64,000 bases of DNA from Escherichia coli (GCF_050320075.1 NZ_CP190018.1), one strand, 5' to 3'. Shown: positions 38,440 through 49,263, counted from the first letter of the stretch. Numbers and translations are program-made. Notes: generated by a model from the letters alone, not told the origin.

Positions 38440-38700
38440 GCACGGTTGTTTGGTGGCGTCAAAATTGCCGAGGCGTTCCCTGAAGGCCGGGGCAGCCCAC
38501 ATGGATGTGGGCTGAGGGCGCGTTTTACAGGGATGTTACCTCGCGCCCGACCCGGTAGCCGTAAGGGATAAGCCGAGGGCACCGCGCAGCGGCGATTTTG
38601 TTCGCCAGAGCCCGGGGGTGCAGGGGGCGGCGGCGATTGGCCGCCCCCTGCGCGCTCCTTGCGCCAGTGATTATATGAAGCAATGCACATGACAGGAGCG
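38440..38700. other. GC-rich structured intergenic element of unknown function
   Basis: Visibly GC-rich; perfect 22-bp palindrome at 38493-38514 and a 12-bp stem / 8-nt loop hairpin at 38620-38651; the only ORF is a Pro/Gly/Arg-rich 86-aa frame. Confidence 0.4.
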
Positions 38701-38760
38701 CAACAGGATGAGAGACTGAAATATTCTCGTTATTTTCGGACCTGATGACATTAATTAATT

Positions 38761-38844
38761 TTAAAATATCATCTTAAATACGCCAGTCACCACCAGTAGC
38801 CCAATCAGGAAAATAATCAATACAGCCCAGAGTATAATTTTCAT
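38761..38844 (-). CDS. yohP: Small membrane protein YohP (27 aa)
   Basis: Reverse-strand ORF MKIILWAVLIIFLIGLLVVTGVFKMIF; below the ORF-track size cutoff. Confidence 0.8.
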   Translation of the reverse strand: MKIILWAVLIIFLIGLLVVTGVFKMIF

Positions 38845-39067
38845 TGGCGTTCCTTTATTTGTGAGTGCTGAATAAGTATAGGAAAAAACGAAGCCCTTTG
38901 CCGTTATCCATAAACGATTAAGATAAATCGGAAGATATCATTCACTTAGTGTATATTTTTCTGGATATGTCGTTTTATTGCCACTGATGTATTGCCACGC
39001 GAAACTAAAAAATATATCGCAACACACGGTAATCTCCGCGCACCTTTTCTTACCTGATTATTCCCCC

Positions 39068-40504
39068 ATGAATCGTGATTCCTTTTATCCAGCCATCGCC
39101 TGTTTTCCGCTGTTACTGATGCTGGCCGGGTGTGCGCCTATGCATGAAACCCGCCAGGCGTTAAGCCAGCAAACGCCCGCTGCACAAGTTGACACCGCAT
39201 TACCCACGGCGCTGAAAAATGGTTGGCCAGACAGCCAATGGTGGCTGGAGTATCACGATAATCAACTCACTTCCTTAATTAACAATGCACTACAGAACGC
39301 ACCGGATATGCAGGTGGCTGAACAGCGCATTCAGCTAGCTGAAGCCCAGGCGAAGGCAGTTGCCACTCAGGATGGTCCGCAGATCGACTTTTCGGCGGAT
39401 ATGGAGCGGCAAAAAATGTCGGCAGAAGGCTTAATGGGGCCGTTTGCTCTGAACGATCCGGCCGCAGGTACGACCGGCCCGTGGTACACCAACGGTACTT
39501 TTGGCTTAACGGCGGGCTGGCATCTCGATATCTGGGGAAAGAATCGGGCGGAGGTTACTGCCCGCCTGGGTACGGTTAAAGCACGGGCGGCGGAACGCGA
39601 GCAAACCCGCCAATTGCTGGCTGGCAGCGTAGCCCGCCTGTACTGGGAGTGGCAAACCCAGGCGGCGTTAAACACTGTCTTGCAGCAAATAGAAAAAGAG
39701 CAGAACACCATTATCGCGACCGATCGCCAGCTATATCAGAACGGGATTACTTCTTCAGTTGAAGGTGTGGAAACCGATATTAATGCCAGCAAAACCCGGC
39801 AGCAGCTCAACGATGTCGCGGGGAAAATGAAAATTATTGAGGCACGGTTAAGCGCACTTACAAATAACCAGACAAAGTCATTGAAGCTTAAACCGGTCGC
39901 GTTGCCGAAAGTGGCAAGCCAGCTTCCTGATGAACTGGGGTACTCCTTACTGGCCCGGCGGGCAGATTTGCAGGCGGCGCACTGGTACGTTGAGTCATCG
40001 CTAAGCACCATTGATGCGGCAAAAGCGGCATTTTATCCTGACATCAACCTGATGGCCTTCCTGCAACAGGATGCGTTGCACTTAAGCGATCTGTTCCGTC
40101 ATTCCGCGCAGCAAATGGGCGTTACGGCAGGCCTGACGCTACCCATTTTCGATAGTGGTCGTCTTAACGCCAATCTCGATATCGCAAAAGCCGAAAGCAA
40201 CTTGTCTATCGCCAGCTACAACAAAGCGGTGGTTGAAGCGGTGAATGACGTGGCGCGGGCAGCCAGTCAGGTTCAGACACTGGCGGAGAAAAACCAGCAT
40301 CAGGCGCAAATTGAGCGCGATGCCTTGCGTGTGGTAGGTCTTGCGCAGGCGCGCTTTAACGCGGGCATCATTGCGGGTTCCCGCGTCAGCGAAGCCAGAA
40401 TCCCCGCGCTGCGTGAGCGGGCCAATGGCCTGTTATTGCAAGGGCAGTGGCTGGATGCCTCCATTCAACTCACTGGTGCGTTGGGCGGGGGTTACAAACG
40501 CTGA
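39068..40504 (+). CDS. mdtQ: Outer membrane efflux lipoprotein MdtQ (OprM/NodT family), intact
   Basis: 478-aa protein from ATG at 39068; lipobox LLMLAGC; uninterrupted frame (listed ORF has a 30-codon upstream extension). Confidence 0.85.
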   Translation: MNRDSFYPAIACFPLLLMLAGCAPMHETRQALSQQTPAAQVDTALPTALKNGWPDSQWWLEYHDNQLTSLINNALQNAPDMQVAEQRIQLAEAQAKAVATQDGPQIDFSADMERQKMSAEGLMGPFALNDPAAGTTGPWYTNGTFGLTAGWHLDIWGKNRAEVTARLGTVKARAAEREQTRQLLAGSVARLYWEWQTQAALNTVLQQIEKEQNTIIATDRQLYQNGITSSVEGVETDINASKTRQQLNDVAGKMKIIEARLSALTNNQTKSLKLKPVALPKVASQLPDELGYSLLARRADLQAAHWYVESSLSTIDAAKAAFYPDINLMAFLQQDALHLSDLFRHSAQQMGVTAGLTLPIFDSGRLNANLDIAKAESNLSIASYNKAVVEAVNDVARAASQVQTLAEKNQHQAQIERDALRVVGLAQARFNAGIIAGSRVSEARIPALRERANGLLLQGQWLDASIQLTGALGGGYKR

Positions 40505-40556
40505 TGATATGCGCCTTCTATACTTAACGTTTATTCAGCGTTAAGTGGAGAACTCG

Positions 40557-41318
40557 ATGGCACAGGTTGCGATTATTACCGCCTCCGATTCGGGGATCGG
40601 CAAAGAGTGCGCGTTATTACTGGCGCAGCAGGGGTTTGATATTGGTATTACCTGGCACTCAGATGAAGAAGGGGCAAAAGATACCGCGCGTGAGGTAGTT
40701 AGCCACGGCGTACGTGCGGAGATCGTGCAGCTGGATCTCGGCAATCTACCAGAAGGGGCACTGGCGCTGGAGAAACTCATTCAACGGCTGGGGCGCATTG
40801 ATGTGCTGGTGAATAATGCGGGTGCAATGACCAAAGCGCCGTTTCTTGATATGGCTTTTGATGAGTGGCGCAAGATTTTTACCGTTGATGTCGATGGTGC
40901 ATTCTTATGCTCGCAAATTGCGGCTCGTCAGATGGTGAAACAAGGGCAGGGCGGTCGCATCATCAACATTACGTCGGTACATGAACATACGCCGCTGCCG
41001 GATGCCAGCGCCTACACAGCCGCTAAACATGCGCTCGGTGGGTTAACCAAAGCGATGGCGCTGGAGCTGGTCAGGCATAAGATTTTGGTGAACGCAGTCG
41101 CGCCTGGGGCGATCGCCACGCCAATGAATGGCATGGATGACAGCGACGTGAAGCCCGACGCGGAGCCTTCGATTCCCTTGCGGCGTTTTGGCGCAACGCA
41201 TGAGATTGCCAGCCTGGTGGTGTGGCTTTGTTCGGAGGGCGCAAATTACACCACCGGGCAGTCGTTGATAGTGGATGGCGGCTTTATGTTGGCGAATCCA
41301 CAGTTCAACCCAGAATAG
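40557..41318 (+). CDS. yohF: Short-chain dehydrogenase/reductase YohF
   Basis: 253-aa protein; TASDSGIGK Rossmann motif, YTAAK catalytic motif. Confidence 0.9.
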   Translation: MAQVAIITASDSGIGKECALLLAQQGFDIGITWHSDEEGAKDTAREVVSHGVRAEIVQLDLGNLPEGALALEKLIQRLGRIDVLVNNAGAMTKAPFLDMAFDEWRKIFTVDVDGAFLCSQIAARQMVKQGQGGRIINITSVHEHTPLPDASAYTAAKHALGGLTKAMALELVRHKILVNAVAPGAIATPMNGMDDSDVKPDAEPSIPLRRFGATHEIASLVVWLCSEGANYTTGQSLIVDGGFMLANPQFNPE

Positions 41319-41369
41319 CGCAGTGAGGTGCGTGGATATTTCATTGGGTAATATTTTGGTCGGCATGAA

Positions 41370-41466
41370 AAGACGCACAAGCGTCGTATCAGGCATGGTA
41401 CTCCGGATGTCGGATGCGGCGCGAACGCCTTATCCAGGGCAATGGTTTTACGCCTGATGATCCGGC
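41370..41466. repeat. REP/BIME cluster between yohF and yohD
   Basis: cggatgtcggatgcggcgcgaacgccttatccagg plus flanking REP-like half sites. Confidence 0.55.
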
Positions 41467-42026
41467 TTTTTCTTCCCGCGTCGTTTCAGCCACCAGCGCA
41501 CGCCCACCACCAGAACCACGACCAGAATCAACCAGACCCAGTGCTTCAAATGCTGGTCGAGATTGTGCAACCACGGCGCAATCACCTGACCACCAGCGTA
41601 ACCAATAGTGGTAAAAATCAACGCCCAGGCAAATGCGCCGAGAATATTCAGCGGCAGAAAGATTTTCGGCGGCAGCTGGCTGGCACCAATCAGCGTCGGG
41701 CCAATCACCCGAAAGCCATACATAAAGCGCGTACCAATGACAAACAGATACGGATGGCGTTGGATAAGTTTCTGCGCCCGCTCAATTTTATCCTGATGTT
41801 TCGAGAAACGGCGTAACAGCTTGCCGCCAAACCGCCGCCCGCACAGATAGAGCACCTGGTCGCCAATCATGCCGCCAAGCGCCACAGAAAGTACCACCAG
41901 CGGGAACTTTAATAGCCCCTGATGCGCCGCAACGCCTCCCAGCAAAGTCACGGTTTCACCTTCCGCCAGGCTACCGATCACCAGCGCGGCATAACCATAT
42001 TGTGAGATAAGTGTATTGAGATCCAT
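41448..42026 (-). CDS. yohD: DedA-family inner membrane protein YohD
   Basis: 192-aa protein from ATG at 42026 (MDLNTLISQYGYAALVIGSLAEGE...). Confidence 0.9.
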   Translation of the reverse strand: MDLNTLISQYGYAALVIGSLAEGETVTLLGGVAAHQGLLKFPLVVLSVALGGMIGDQVLYLCGRRFGGKLLRRFSKHQDKIERAQKLIQRHPYLFVIGTRFMYGFRVIGPTLIGASQLPPKIFLPLNILGAFAWALIFTTIGYAGGQVIAPWLHNLDQHLKHWVWLILVVVLVVGVRWWLKRRGKKKPDHQA

Positions 42027-42195
42027 AGGCCAGTCTGTCTCCCTTTGGTTGCCAGTAAGCATACACCCTGTGAATCATTCACGCTGAAAAAGGACGTTCA
42101 TCAGACAGTGAAAATTACATGGGCGAACAAAAAATAATCACAAGCTGACTTATACTTGAACTGTCAGGTTCATGAACTCACAACAAGGGGGCGGT

Positions 42196-42783
42196 ATGAG
42201 CCATGTCTGGGGACTGTTTTCCCATCCCGATCGTGAAATGCAGGTGATTAATCGCGAAAACGAAACGATTTCTCACCATTACACCCACCACGTTTTGCTG
42301 ATGGCGGCGATTCCGGTGATTTGCGCCTTCATTGGCACTACACAGATTGGCTGGAATTTTGGCGATGGCACTATCCTGAAGTTATCCTGGTTTACCGGAC
42401 TGGCGCTGGCTGTCTTGTTTTACGGCGTTATGCTGGCTGGGGTCGCGGTGATGGGGCGGGTCATCTGGTGGATGGCGCGTAATTATCCGCAGCGTCCGTC
42501 ACTTGCGCACTGCATGGTCTTCGCGGGCTACGTTGCAACTCCGCTGTTTTTAAGCGGTCTGGTGGCGCTTTATCCACTGGTCTGGTTGTGTGCGCTGGTC
42601 GGCACGGTGGCGCTGTTTTACACCGGCTACCTGCTTTACCTTGGTATTCCGAGCTTCCTGAATATCAACAAAGAGGAAGGCCTTAGCTTCTCTAGTTCGA
42701 CGCTGGCGATTGGCGTGCTGGTACTGGAAGTGCTGCTCGCCCTAACCGTTATACTATGGGGCTACGGTTATCGTTTGTTCTAG
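42196..42783 (+). CDS. yohC: Yip1-family inner membrane protein YohC
   Basis: 195-aa protein from ATG at 42196 (MSHVWGLFSHPDREMQ...). Confidence 0.88.
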   Translation: MSHVWGLFSHPDREMQVINRENETISHHYTHHVLLMAAIPVICAFIGTTQIGWNFGDGTILKLSWFTGLALAVLFYGVMLAGVAVMGRVIWWMARNYPQRPSLAHCMVFAGYVATPLFLSGLVALYPLVWLCALVGTVALFYTGYLLYLGIPSFLNINKEEGLSFSSSTLAIGVLVLEVLLALTVILWGYGYRLF

Positions 42784-42956
42784 AAAGTTCTTTGACGTTG
42801 CATTGCTGGCGTAAATGTCAGCAATGCAGCATTTCCTCACGATTCTCCTTTGACGATCGCACTTTTTGCTCGTTATGATGGCGTCGCTAGCCTCAGTAAA
42901 TCCTTACTCCGGCGGTGCGCAACCCGTGCGCGTGAACCACTATCTGAATGCTCATC

Positions 42957-43889
42957 ATGCCGAAATTTCGAGTTTCTTTATTTAGCCTGGCCCTGATGCT
43001 GGCTGTGCCTTTTGCACCGCAGGCCGTTGCGAAAACGGCAGCCGCTACCACCGCTTCACAACCGGAAATTGCCTCCGGTAGCGCGATGATTGTTGATCTG
43101 AATACCAACAAAGTGATCTATTCGAACCACCCGGATCTGGTGCGTCCGATTGCGTCTATCAGCAAATTAATGACCGCGATGGTTGTGCTGGATGCACGAC
43201 TGCCGCTGGATGAAAAACTAAAAGTGGATATCAGCCAGACGCCGGAGATGAAAGGGGTCTATTCGCGCGTACGACTGAATAGCGAAATCAGCCGTAAAGA
43301 TATGCTGTTGCTGGCGCTGATGTCTTCAGAAAACCGCGCGGCGGCAAGCCTTGCGCACCATTATCCCGGTGGTTACAAAGCCTTTATTAAGGCAATGAAT
43401 GCGAAAGCGAAATCGCTCGGAATGAACAACACGCGCTTTGTTGAACCTACCGGATTGTCGGTGCATAACGTTTCAACTGCCCGTGACTTAACCAAACTGC
43501 TCATTGCCAGCAAACAATATCCGTTGATCGGGCAGTTAAGTACTACCCGGGAAGATATGGCAACCTTCTCTAATCCGACGTATACGCTGCCGTTCCGCAA
43601 TACTAATCATCTGGTGTATCGCGATAACTGGAATATTCAGTTAACCAAAACCGGCTTTACCAATGCGGCGGGCCATTGTCTGGTGATGCGTACGGTTATC
43701 AATAATAAACCGGTGGCGCTGGTAGTGATGGACGCGTTTGGCAAATATACCCATTTTGCCGATGCCAGCCGCCTGCGTACCTGGATTGAAACCGGTAAAG
43801 TGATGCCTGTGCCGGCAGCAGCGTTGAGCTATAAAAAACAAAAAGCCGCCCAAATGGCGGCGGCGGGGCAGACGGCACAGAACGATTAA
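42957..43889 (+). CDS. pbpG: D-alanyl-D-alanine endopeptidase PBP7
   Basis: 310-aa protein with signal peptide; SISK active-site serine motif. Confidence 0.92.
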
Positions 43890-43926
43890 GTGAATTCGGA
43901 TGGCGATACTCTGCCATCCGTAATTT

Positions 43927-45642
43927 TTACTCCACTTCCTGCCAGTTTTTCCGTTTACTGGTTTTACCGATCCCCGGATTCATGCTGTTGGTCGGATCGT
44001 TCTCGCGATAGAACTTCTGCAACGTCTCCGGTGCTTTATACAAATGACCGACGTTATGCTCGGCAGGGTACTGCGCGCCGCGCTGCTGTAGCAGTTCCAG
44101 CATCTGTTCTTTTAACGCATGCACATCCACGCCTTTTTTCACTATGTAATCCTGATGGAAGACATAGCACATAAAATGGCCGTAATAGAGCTTGTGCACC
44201 AGCTGGCTGTCGATCTCCGGCGGTAAATGCTCATACCACTCGGTGTCGTTACGCCGCAGAGCGATATCCAACGCCAGAATGTCTTCGACTTCATCGGAAT
44301 GCACCGCCTGATAACGAATTGCTGCGCCCGCAGCGGCGAAACGGTGTAAAAACGCTTTGCTGCCTTCCTCCGGCGTACAGACAAAGAAATCGCCTTCGGC
44401 CTGTTTGAAATAATCCACCAGCCACGATTTGGCTTCGCCCACGCCATCGCCCGCCATTTTTAACAGCAGATGATGCTCGTATTTATCGCGCCAGTTTTTC
44501 ATGCGCGGCGGTAAATGGCTGGGGAACAGGTGACCGAATTTTTGCATCGCACGGTCAGTAAAATGCGGACGGAAGAATTTCACTTTCTCCAGCATCGCAT
44601 CGGTGCGTCCCTTGAGATTAAAGAAGAACGGCATCTTGTCGGTGCCTAACTTATCAATCATCAGGAAGGTGTCTTTGCCGTATTTTTCCGCAATATCGTA
44701 GATATCCCGGTGCATATATTCCCCGGCAACCGGCAGATTTTCGAAGTTAGCCAGAATATGACGGCGGATTTCGGTCAGCACTTCCGGCTGGTTGGTGCCG
44801 ATATAAAACACCTGCTGATTTTTTTCCGCTTCGAAGGTATCAAGACGTACTGCAAAGACCGCCAGCTTCCCGGCGCAACCAGAAGATTCAAATAACCGAT
44901 CAGGATCGGCGTTATAACGTGCGGGCGTGTCGGCTTCAATATCACGAACGCGGTGGACATAGTCATAATCGTGGGCGTGACGACCATCGTGACGCACATC
45001 GTCATCTTTGATGCGATCATCATCCAGCTTGCTAAGGATCTGCTCCGGCGTTTCGCCCAGATCAATCCCCAGATGGTTCACCAGCGTCAGTTTGCCGTCT
45101 TCATTTATACGCGCGAATAACGACATTTCGGTATACGCCGGGCCACGTTGCACCAGCGAGCCGCCGGAGTTGTTACAAATACCGCCGATGACCGATGCGC
45201 CTATACACGATGATCCAATCACTGAGTGCGGTTCGCGTCCCAGCGGTTTGAGGGCTTTTTCCAGCGAATAGAGCGTGGTGCCCGGATAGGCCAGCACCTG
45301 TTCGCCCTTGCCAAGAACGTGCAGCTTGTCGAGACGCAGGGTGCTGATGATAACGACATCGCGATCATAATCGTTACCGTTTGGCGTCGATCCTTCGGTC
45401 AGGCCTGTATTGGCGGCCTGCATCAGAATAATTTTGTCGGCGGTGACGCAGGCTTTCAGCACCCGCCACAATTCTAGTAGTGAGCCAGGGAAAACGACAG
45501 CCAGCGCGTCGCCCTGACCAGAACGGAAGCCCTTGCGATAGCGGGCCGTTTTTGCGGGATCGGTGAGCAGGTGTGAAGAACCCACCAGACGAGCAAGTTC
45601 ATTCAAAAAGGCTTTATTATCAGTTGTTGTCATGGAAGACAT
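43927..45642 (-). CDS. dld: FAD-dependent D-lactate dehydrogenase
   Basis: 571-aa protein from ATG at 45642 (MSSMTTTDNKAFLNELARLVG...). Confidence 0.93.
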   Translation of the reverse strand: MSSMTTTDNKAFLNELARLVGSSHLLTDPAKTARYRKGFRSGQGDALAVVFPGSLLELWRVLKACVTADKIILMQAANTGLTEGSTPNGNDYDRDVVIISTLRLDKLHVLGKGEQVLAYPGTTLYSLEKALKPLGREPHSVIGSSCIGASVIGGICNNSGGSLVQRGPAYTEMSLFARINEDGKLTLVNHLGIDLGETPEQILSKLDDDRIKDDDVRHDGRHAHDYDYVHRVRDIEADTPARYNADPDRLFESSGCAGKLAVFAVRLDTFEAEKNQQVFYIGTNQPEVLTEIRRHILANFENLPVAGEYMHRDIYDIAEKYGKDTFLMIDKLGTDKMPFFFNLKGRTDAMLEKVKFFRPHFTDRAMQKFGHLFPSHLPPRMKNWRDKYEHHLLLKMAGDGVGEAKSWLVDYFKQAEGDFFVCTPEEGSKAFLHRFAAAGAAIRYQAVHSDEVEDILALDIALRRNDTEWYEHLPPEIDSQLVHKLYYGHFMCYVFHQDYIVKKGVDVHALKEQMLELLQQRGAQYPAEHNVGHLYKAPETLQKFYRENDPTNSMNPGIGKTSKRKNWQEVE

Positions 45643-45837
45643 TTTCCACTCCTTGTGGTGGCGAAAAAATATCACAAACTAGAATAGCGCCTTGTATAAC
45701 AATTCAGCGAGTGAATATTTTGAAAATTCAGACAATAAACTGAGCATTCTTTTTCTCTCTCCATCATGCTTATGGCAAACTACGGTTTTTGCACCATTTT
45801 CGCTGCCACGTCGGGCAACAAAGGAAGAAAAATCCAT

Positions 45838-48135
45838 ATGAAATGGCTATGTTCAGTAGGAGTCGCGGTGAGTCTGGCCCTGCAGCCAGCACTGGCGGAT
45901 GATTTATTCGGCAACCATCCATTAACGCCCGAAGCGCGGGATGCGTTCGTCACCGAACTGCTTAAGAAAATGACAGTTGATGAGAAAATTGGTCAGCTGC
46001 GCTTAATCAGCGTCGGCCCGGATAACCCGAAAGAGGCGATCCGCGAGATGATCAAAGACGGTCAGGTTGGGGCGATTTTCAACACCGTAACCCGTCAGGA
46101 TATCCGCGCCATGCAGGATCAGGTGATGGAATTAAGCCGCCTGAAAATTCCTCTTTTCTTTGCTTACGACGTGCTGCACGGTCAGCGCACGGTGTTCCCG
46201 ATTAGCCTCGGTCTGGCCTCGTCTTTTAACCTCGATGCAGTGAAAACGGTCGGACGTGTCTCTGCTTATGAAGCGGCAGATGATGGCCTGAATATGACCT
46301 GGGCACCGATGGTCGATGTCTCGCGCGATCCGCGCTGGGGACGTGCTTCCGAAGGTTTTGGCGAAGATACGTATCTCACCTCAACAATGGGTAAAACCAT
46401 GGTGGAAGCGATGCAGGGTAAAAGCCCGGCAGATCGCTACTCGGTGATGACCAGCGTCAAACACTTTGCCGCATACGGCGCGGTAGAAGGCGGTAAAGAG
46501 TACAACACCGTCGATATGAGTCCGCAGCGCCTGTTTAATGATTATATGCCGCCGTACAAAGCGGGGCTGGACGCAGGCAGCGGCGCGGTGATGGTGGCGC
46601 TGAACTCGCTGAACGGCACGCCAGCCACCTCCGATTCCTGGCTGCTGAAAGATGTTCTGCGCGACCAGTGGGGCTTTAAAGGCATCACCGTTTCCGATCA
46701 CGGTGCAATCAAAGAGCTGATTAAACATGGCACGGCGACAGACCCGGAAGATGCGGTGCGCGTGGCGCTGAAATCCGGAATCAACATGAGCATGAGCGAC
46801 GAGTACTACTCGAAGTATCTGCCTGGGTTGATTAAATCCGGCAAAGTGACGATGGCAGAGCTGGACGATGCTGCCCGCCATGTACTGAACGTTAAATATG
46901 ATATGGGGTTGTTTAACGACCCATACAGCCATTTGGGGCCGAAAGAGTCTGACCCGGTGGATACCAATGCCGAAAGCCGCCTGCACCGTAAAGAAGCGCG
47001 TGAAGTGGCGCGCGAAAGCTTGGTGTTGCTGAAAAACCGTCTCGAAACGTTACCGCTGAAAAAATCGGCCACCATTGCGGTGGTTGGGCCACTGGCGGAC
47101 AGTAAACGTGACGTGATGGGCAGCTGGTCCGCAGCCGGTGTTGCCGATCAATCCGTGACCGTACTGACCGGGATTAAAAATGCCGTCGGTGAAAACGGTA
47201 AAGTGCTGTATGCCAAAGGGGCGAACGTTACCAGTGACAAAGGCATTATCGATTTCCTGAATCAGTATGAAGAAGCGGTCAAAGTCGATCCGCGTTCGCC
47301 GCAAGAGATGATTGATGAAGCGGTGCAGACGGCGAAACAATCTGATGTGGTGGTGGCTGTAGTCGGTGAAGCACAGGGGATGGCGCACGAAGCCTCCAGC
47401 CGGACCGATATCACTATTCCGCAAAGCCAACGTGACTTGATTGCGGCGCTGAAAGCCACCGGTAAACCGCTGGTGCTGGTGCTGATGAACGGGCGTCCGC
47501 TGGCGCTGGTGAAAGAAGATCAGCAGGCTGATGCGATTCTGGAAACCTGGTTTGCGGGGACTGAAGGCGGTAATGCAATTGCCGATGTATTGTTTGGCGA
47601 TTACAACCCGTCCGGCAAGCTGCCAATGTCCTTCCCGCGTTCTGTCGGGCAGATCCCGGTGTACTACAGCCATCTGAATACCGGTCGCCCGTATAATGCC
47701 GACAAGCCGAACAAATACACTTCGCGTTATTTTGATGAAGCTAACGGGGCGTTGTATCCGTTCGGCTATGGGCTGAGCTACACCACTTTCACCGTCTCTG
47801 ATGTGAAACTTTCTGCGCCGACCATGAAGCGTGACGGCAAAGTGACTGCCAGCGTGCAGGTGACGAACACCGGTAAGCGCGAGGGTGCCACGGTAGTGCA
47901 GATGTACTTGCAGGATGTGACGGCTTCCATGAGTCGCCCTGTGAAACAGCTGAAAGGCTTTGAGAAAATCACCCTGAAACCGGGCGAAACTCAGACTGTC
48001 AGCTTCCCGATCGATATTGAGGCGCTGAAGTTCTGGAATCAACAGATGAAATATGACGCCGAGCCTGGCAAGTTCAATGTCTTTATCGGCACTGATTCCG
48101 CACGCGTTAAGAAAGGCGAGTTTGAGTTGCTGTAA
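45838..48135 (+). CDS. bglX: Periplasmic beta-glucosidase BglX (GH3)
   Basis: 765-aa protein from ATG at 45838 with signal peptide MKWLCSVGVAVSLALQPALA; RBS aaggaaga. Confidence 0.93.
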   Translation: MKWLCSVGVAVSLALQPALADDLFGNHPLTPEARDAFVTELLKKMTVDEKIGQLRLISVGPDNPKEAIREMIKDGQVGAIFNTVTRQDIRAMQDQVMELSRLKIPLFFAYDVLHGQRTVFPISLGLASSFNLDAVKTVGRVSAYEAADDGLNMTWAPMVDVSRDPRWGRASEGFGEDTYLTSTMGKTMVEAMQGKSPADRYSVMTSVKHFAAYGAVEGGKEYNTVDMSPQRLFNDYMPPYKAGLDAGSGAVMVALNSLNGTPATSDSWLLKDVLRDQWGFKGITVSDHGAIKELIKHGTATDPEDAVRVALKSGINMSMSDEYYSKYLPGLIKSGKVTMAELDDAARHVLNVKYDMGLFNDPYSHLGPKESDPVDTNAESRLHRKEAREVARESLVLLKNRLETLPLKKSATIAVVGPLADSKRDVMGSWSAAGVADQSVTVLTGIKNAVGENGKVLYAKGANVTSDKGIIDFLNQYEEAVKVDPRSPQEMIDEAVQTAKQSDVVVAVVGEAQGMAHEASSRTDITIPQSQRDLIAALKATGKPLVLVLMNGRPLALVKEDQQADAILETWFAGTEGGNAIADVLFGDYNPSGKLPMSFPRSVGQIPVYYSHLNTGRPYNADKPNKYTSRYFDEANGALYPFGYGLSYTTFTVSDVKLSAPTMKRDGKVTASVQVTNTGKREGATVVQMYLQDVTASMSRPVKQLKGFEKITLKPGETQTVSFPIDIEALKFWNQQMKYDAEPGKFNVFIGTDSARVKKGEFELL

Positions 48136-48169
48136 TGCTTTAGTAAGGGCGCGACGTTTGCGCCCTTTG

Positions 48170-48203
48170 TAGGCCGGATAAGGCGCTCGCGCCGCATCCG
48201 GCA
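48170..48203. repeat. REP element downstream of bglX
   Basis: taggccggataaggcgctcgcgccgcatccggca; preceded by a gggcgcgacgtttgcgccc terminator-like hairpin. Confidence 0.7.
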
Positions 48204-48345
48204 GGAAACGCCGGACCGAATATGCCTCTTAAGTATTTATCTGATTCTGCAACTGAATCCTTCCGCTCAAGCTAACCCCGCCATTATCAACTATGCTTTT
48301 CTCTTAATTCGCTGAAAACAACAGTAAAAGAATGAGGAAAGCATC

Positions 48346-49263
48346 ATGCCACTCTTAAAGCTCTGGGCAGGTTCACTGGTTATGTTGGCAGCCGTGAGCC
48401 TGCCGCTACAGGCGGCTTCCCCCGTTAAAGTCGGTTCAAAAATCGATACCGAAGGTGCGCTACTCGGCAATATCATTTTGCAGGTGCTGGAAAGCCACGG
48501 CGTACCGACGGTGAATAAAGTGCAACTCGGAACGACTCCTGTGGTGCGCGGGGCGATTACTTCCGGTGAACTGGATATCTATCCGGAATATACCGGCAAT
48601 GGCGCTTTCTTCTTTAAAGATGAAAACGATGCAGCGTGGAAAAACGCGCAGCAAGGTTACGAGAAAGTCAAAAAGCTCGATTCGGAGCACAACAAGTTAA
48701 TCTGGCTGACGCCCGCGCCTGCAAATAACACCTGGACTATCGCCGTGCGTCAGGATGTGGCAGAGAAAAATAAACTCACTTCGCTTGCCGACCTGAGTCG
48801 TTATCTGCAAGAGGGCGGCACCTTCAAACTGGCAGCCTCGGCAGAGTTTATCGAACGCGCCGATGCGTTACCCGCGTTTGAAAAAGCCTATGGCTTTAAG
48901 CTCGGTCAGGATCAGTTGCTGTCACTGGCTGGTGGCGACACGGCGGTGACGATCAAAGCCGCTGCCCAGCAAATCTCTGGCGTTAATGCTGCAATGGCTT
49001 ACGGCACTGACGGCCCGGTAGCGGCGCTGGGGCTGCAAACCTTAAGCGATCCGCAAGGTGTGCAACCTATCTACGCGCCTGCACCAGTGGTGCGTGAGTC
49101 GGTGTTGAGGGAGTATCCGCAAATGGCACAGTGGCTACAGCCAGTCTTCGCCAGCCTCGATGCAAAAACATTGCAGCAACTGAATGCCAGCATTGCTGTG
49201 GAAGGACTGGATGCCAAAAAAGTGGCTGCCGACTACCTGAAACAAAAAGGGTGGACGAAGTAA
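48346..49263 (+). CDS. osmF: Glycine betaine-binding periplasmic protein OsmF (YehZ)
   Basis: 305-aa ORF with signal peptide; first gene of the osmF-yehYXW ABC operon. Confidence 0.92.
   Translation: MPLLKLWAGSLVMLAAVSLPLQAASPVKVGSKIDTEGALLGNIILQVLESHGVPTVNKVQLGTTPVVRGAITSGELDIYPEYTGNGAFFFKDENDAAWKNAQQGYEKVKKLDSEHNKLIWLTPAPANNTWTIAVRQDVAEKNKLTSLADLSRYLQEGGTFKLAASAEFIERADALPAFEKAYGFKLGQDQLLSLAGGDTAVTIKAAAQQISGVNAAMAYGTDGPVAALGLQTLSDPQGVQPIYAPAPVVRESVLREYPQMAQWLQPVFASLDAKTLQQLNASIAVEGLDAKKVAADYLKQKGWTK

Noticed and set aside
38430-38690. 86-aa Pro/Gly/Arg-rich ORF in the dusC-yohP intergenic region
   Set aside because: Composition is what a GC-rich hairpin region gives in any frame; no start context. 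The DNA element itself is kept as a finding.
47050-48042. 330-aa minus-strand ORF inside bglX (also 46381-46986)
   Set aside because: Arg/His-rich, low-complexity translation antisense to a well-supported gene; typical shadow ORF.
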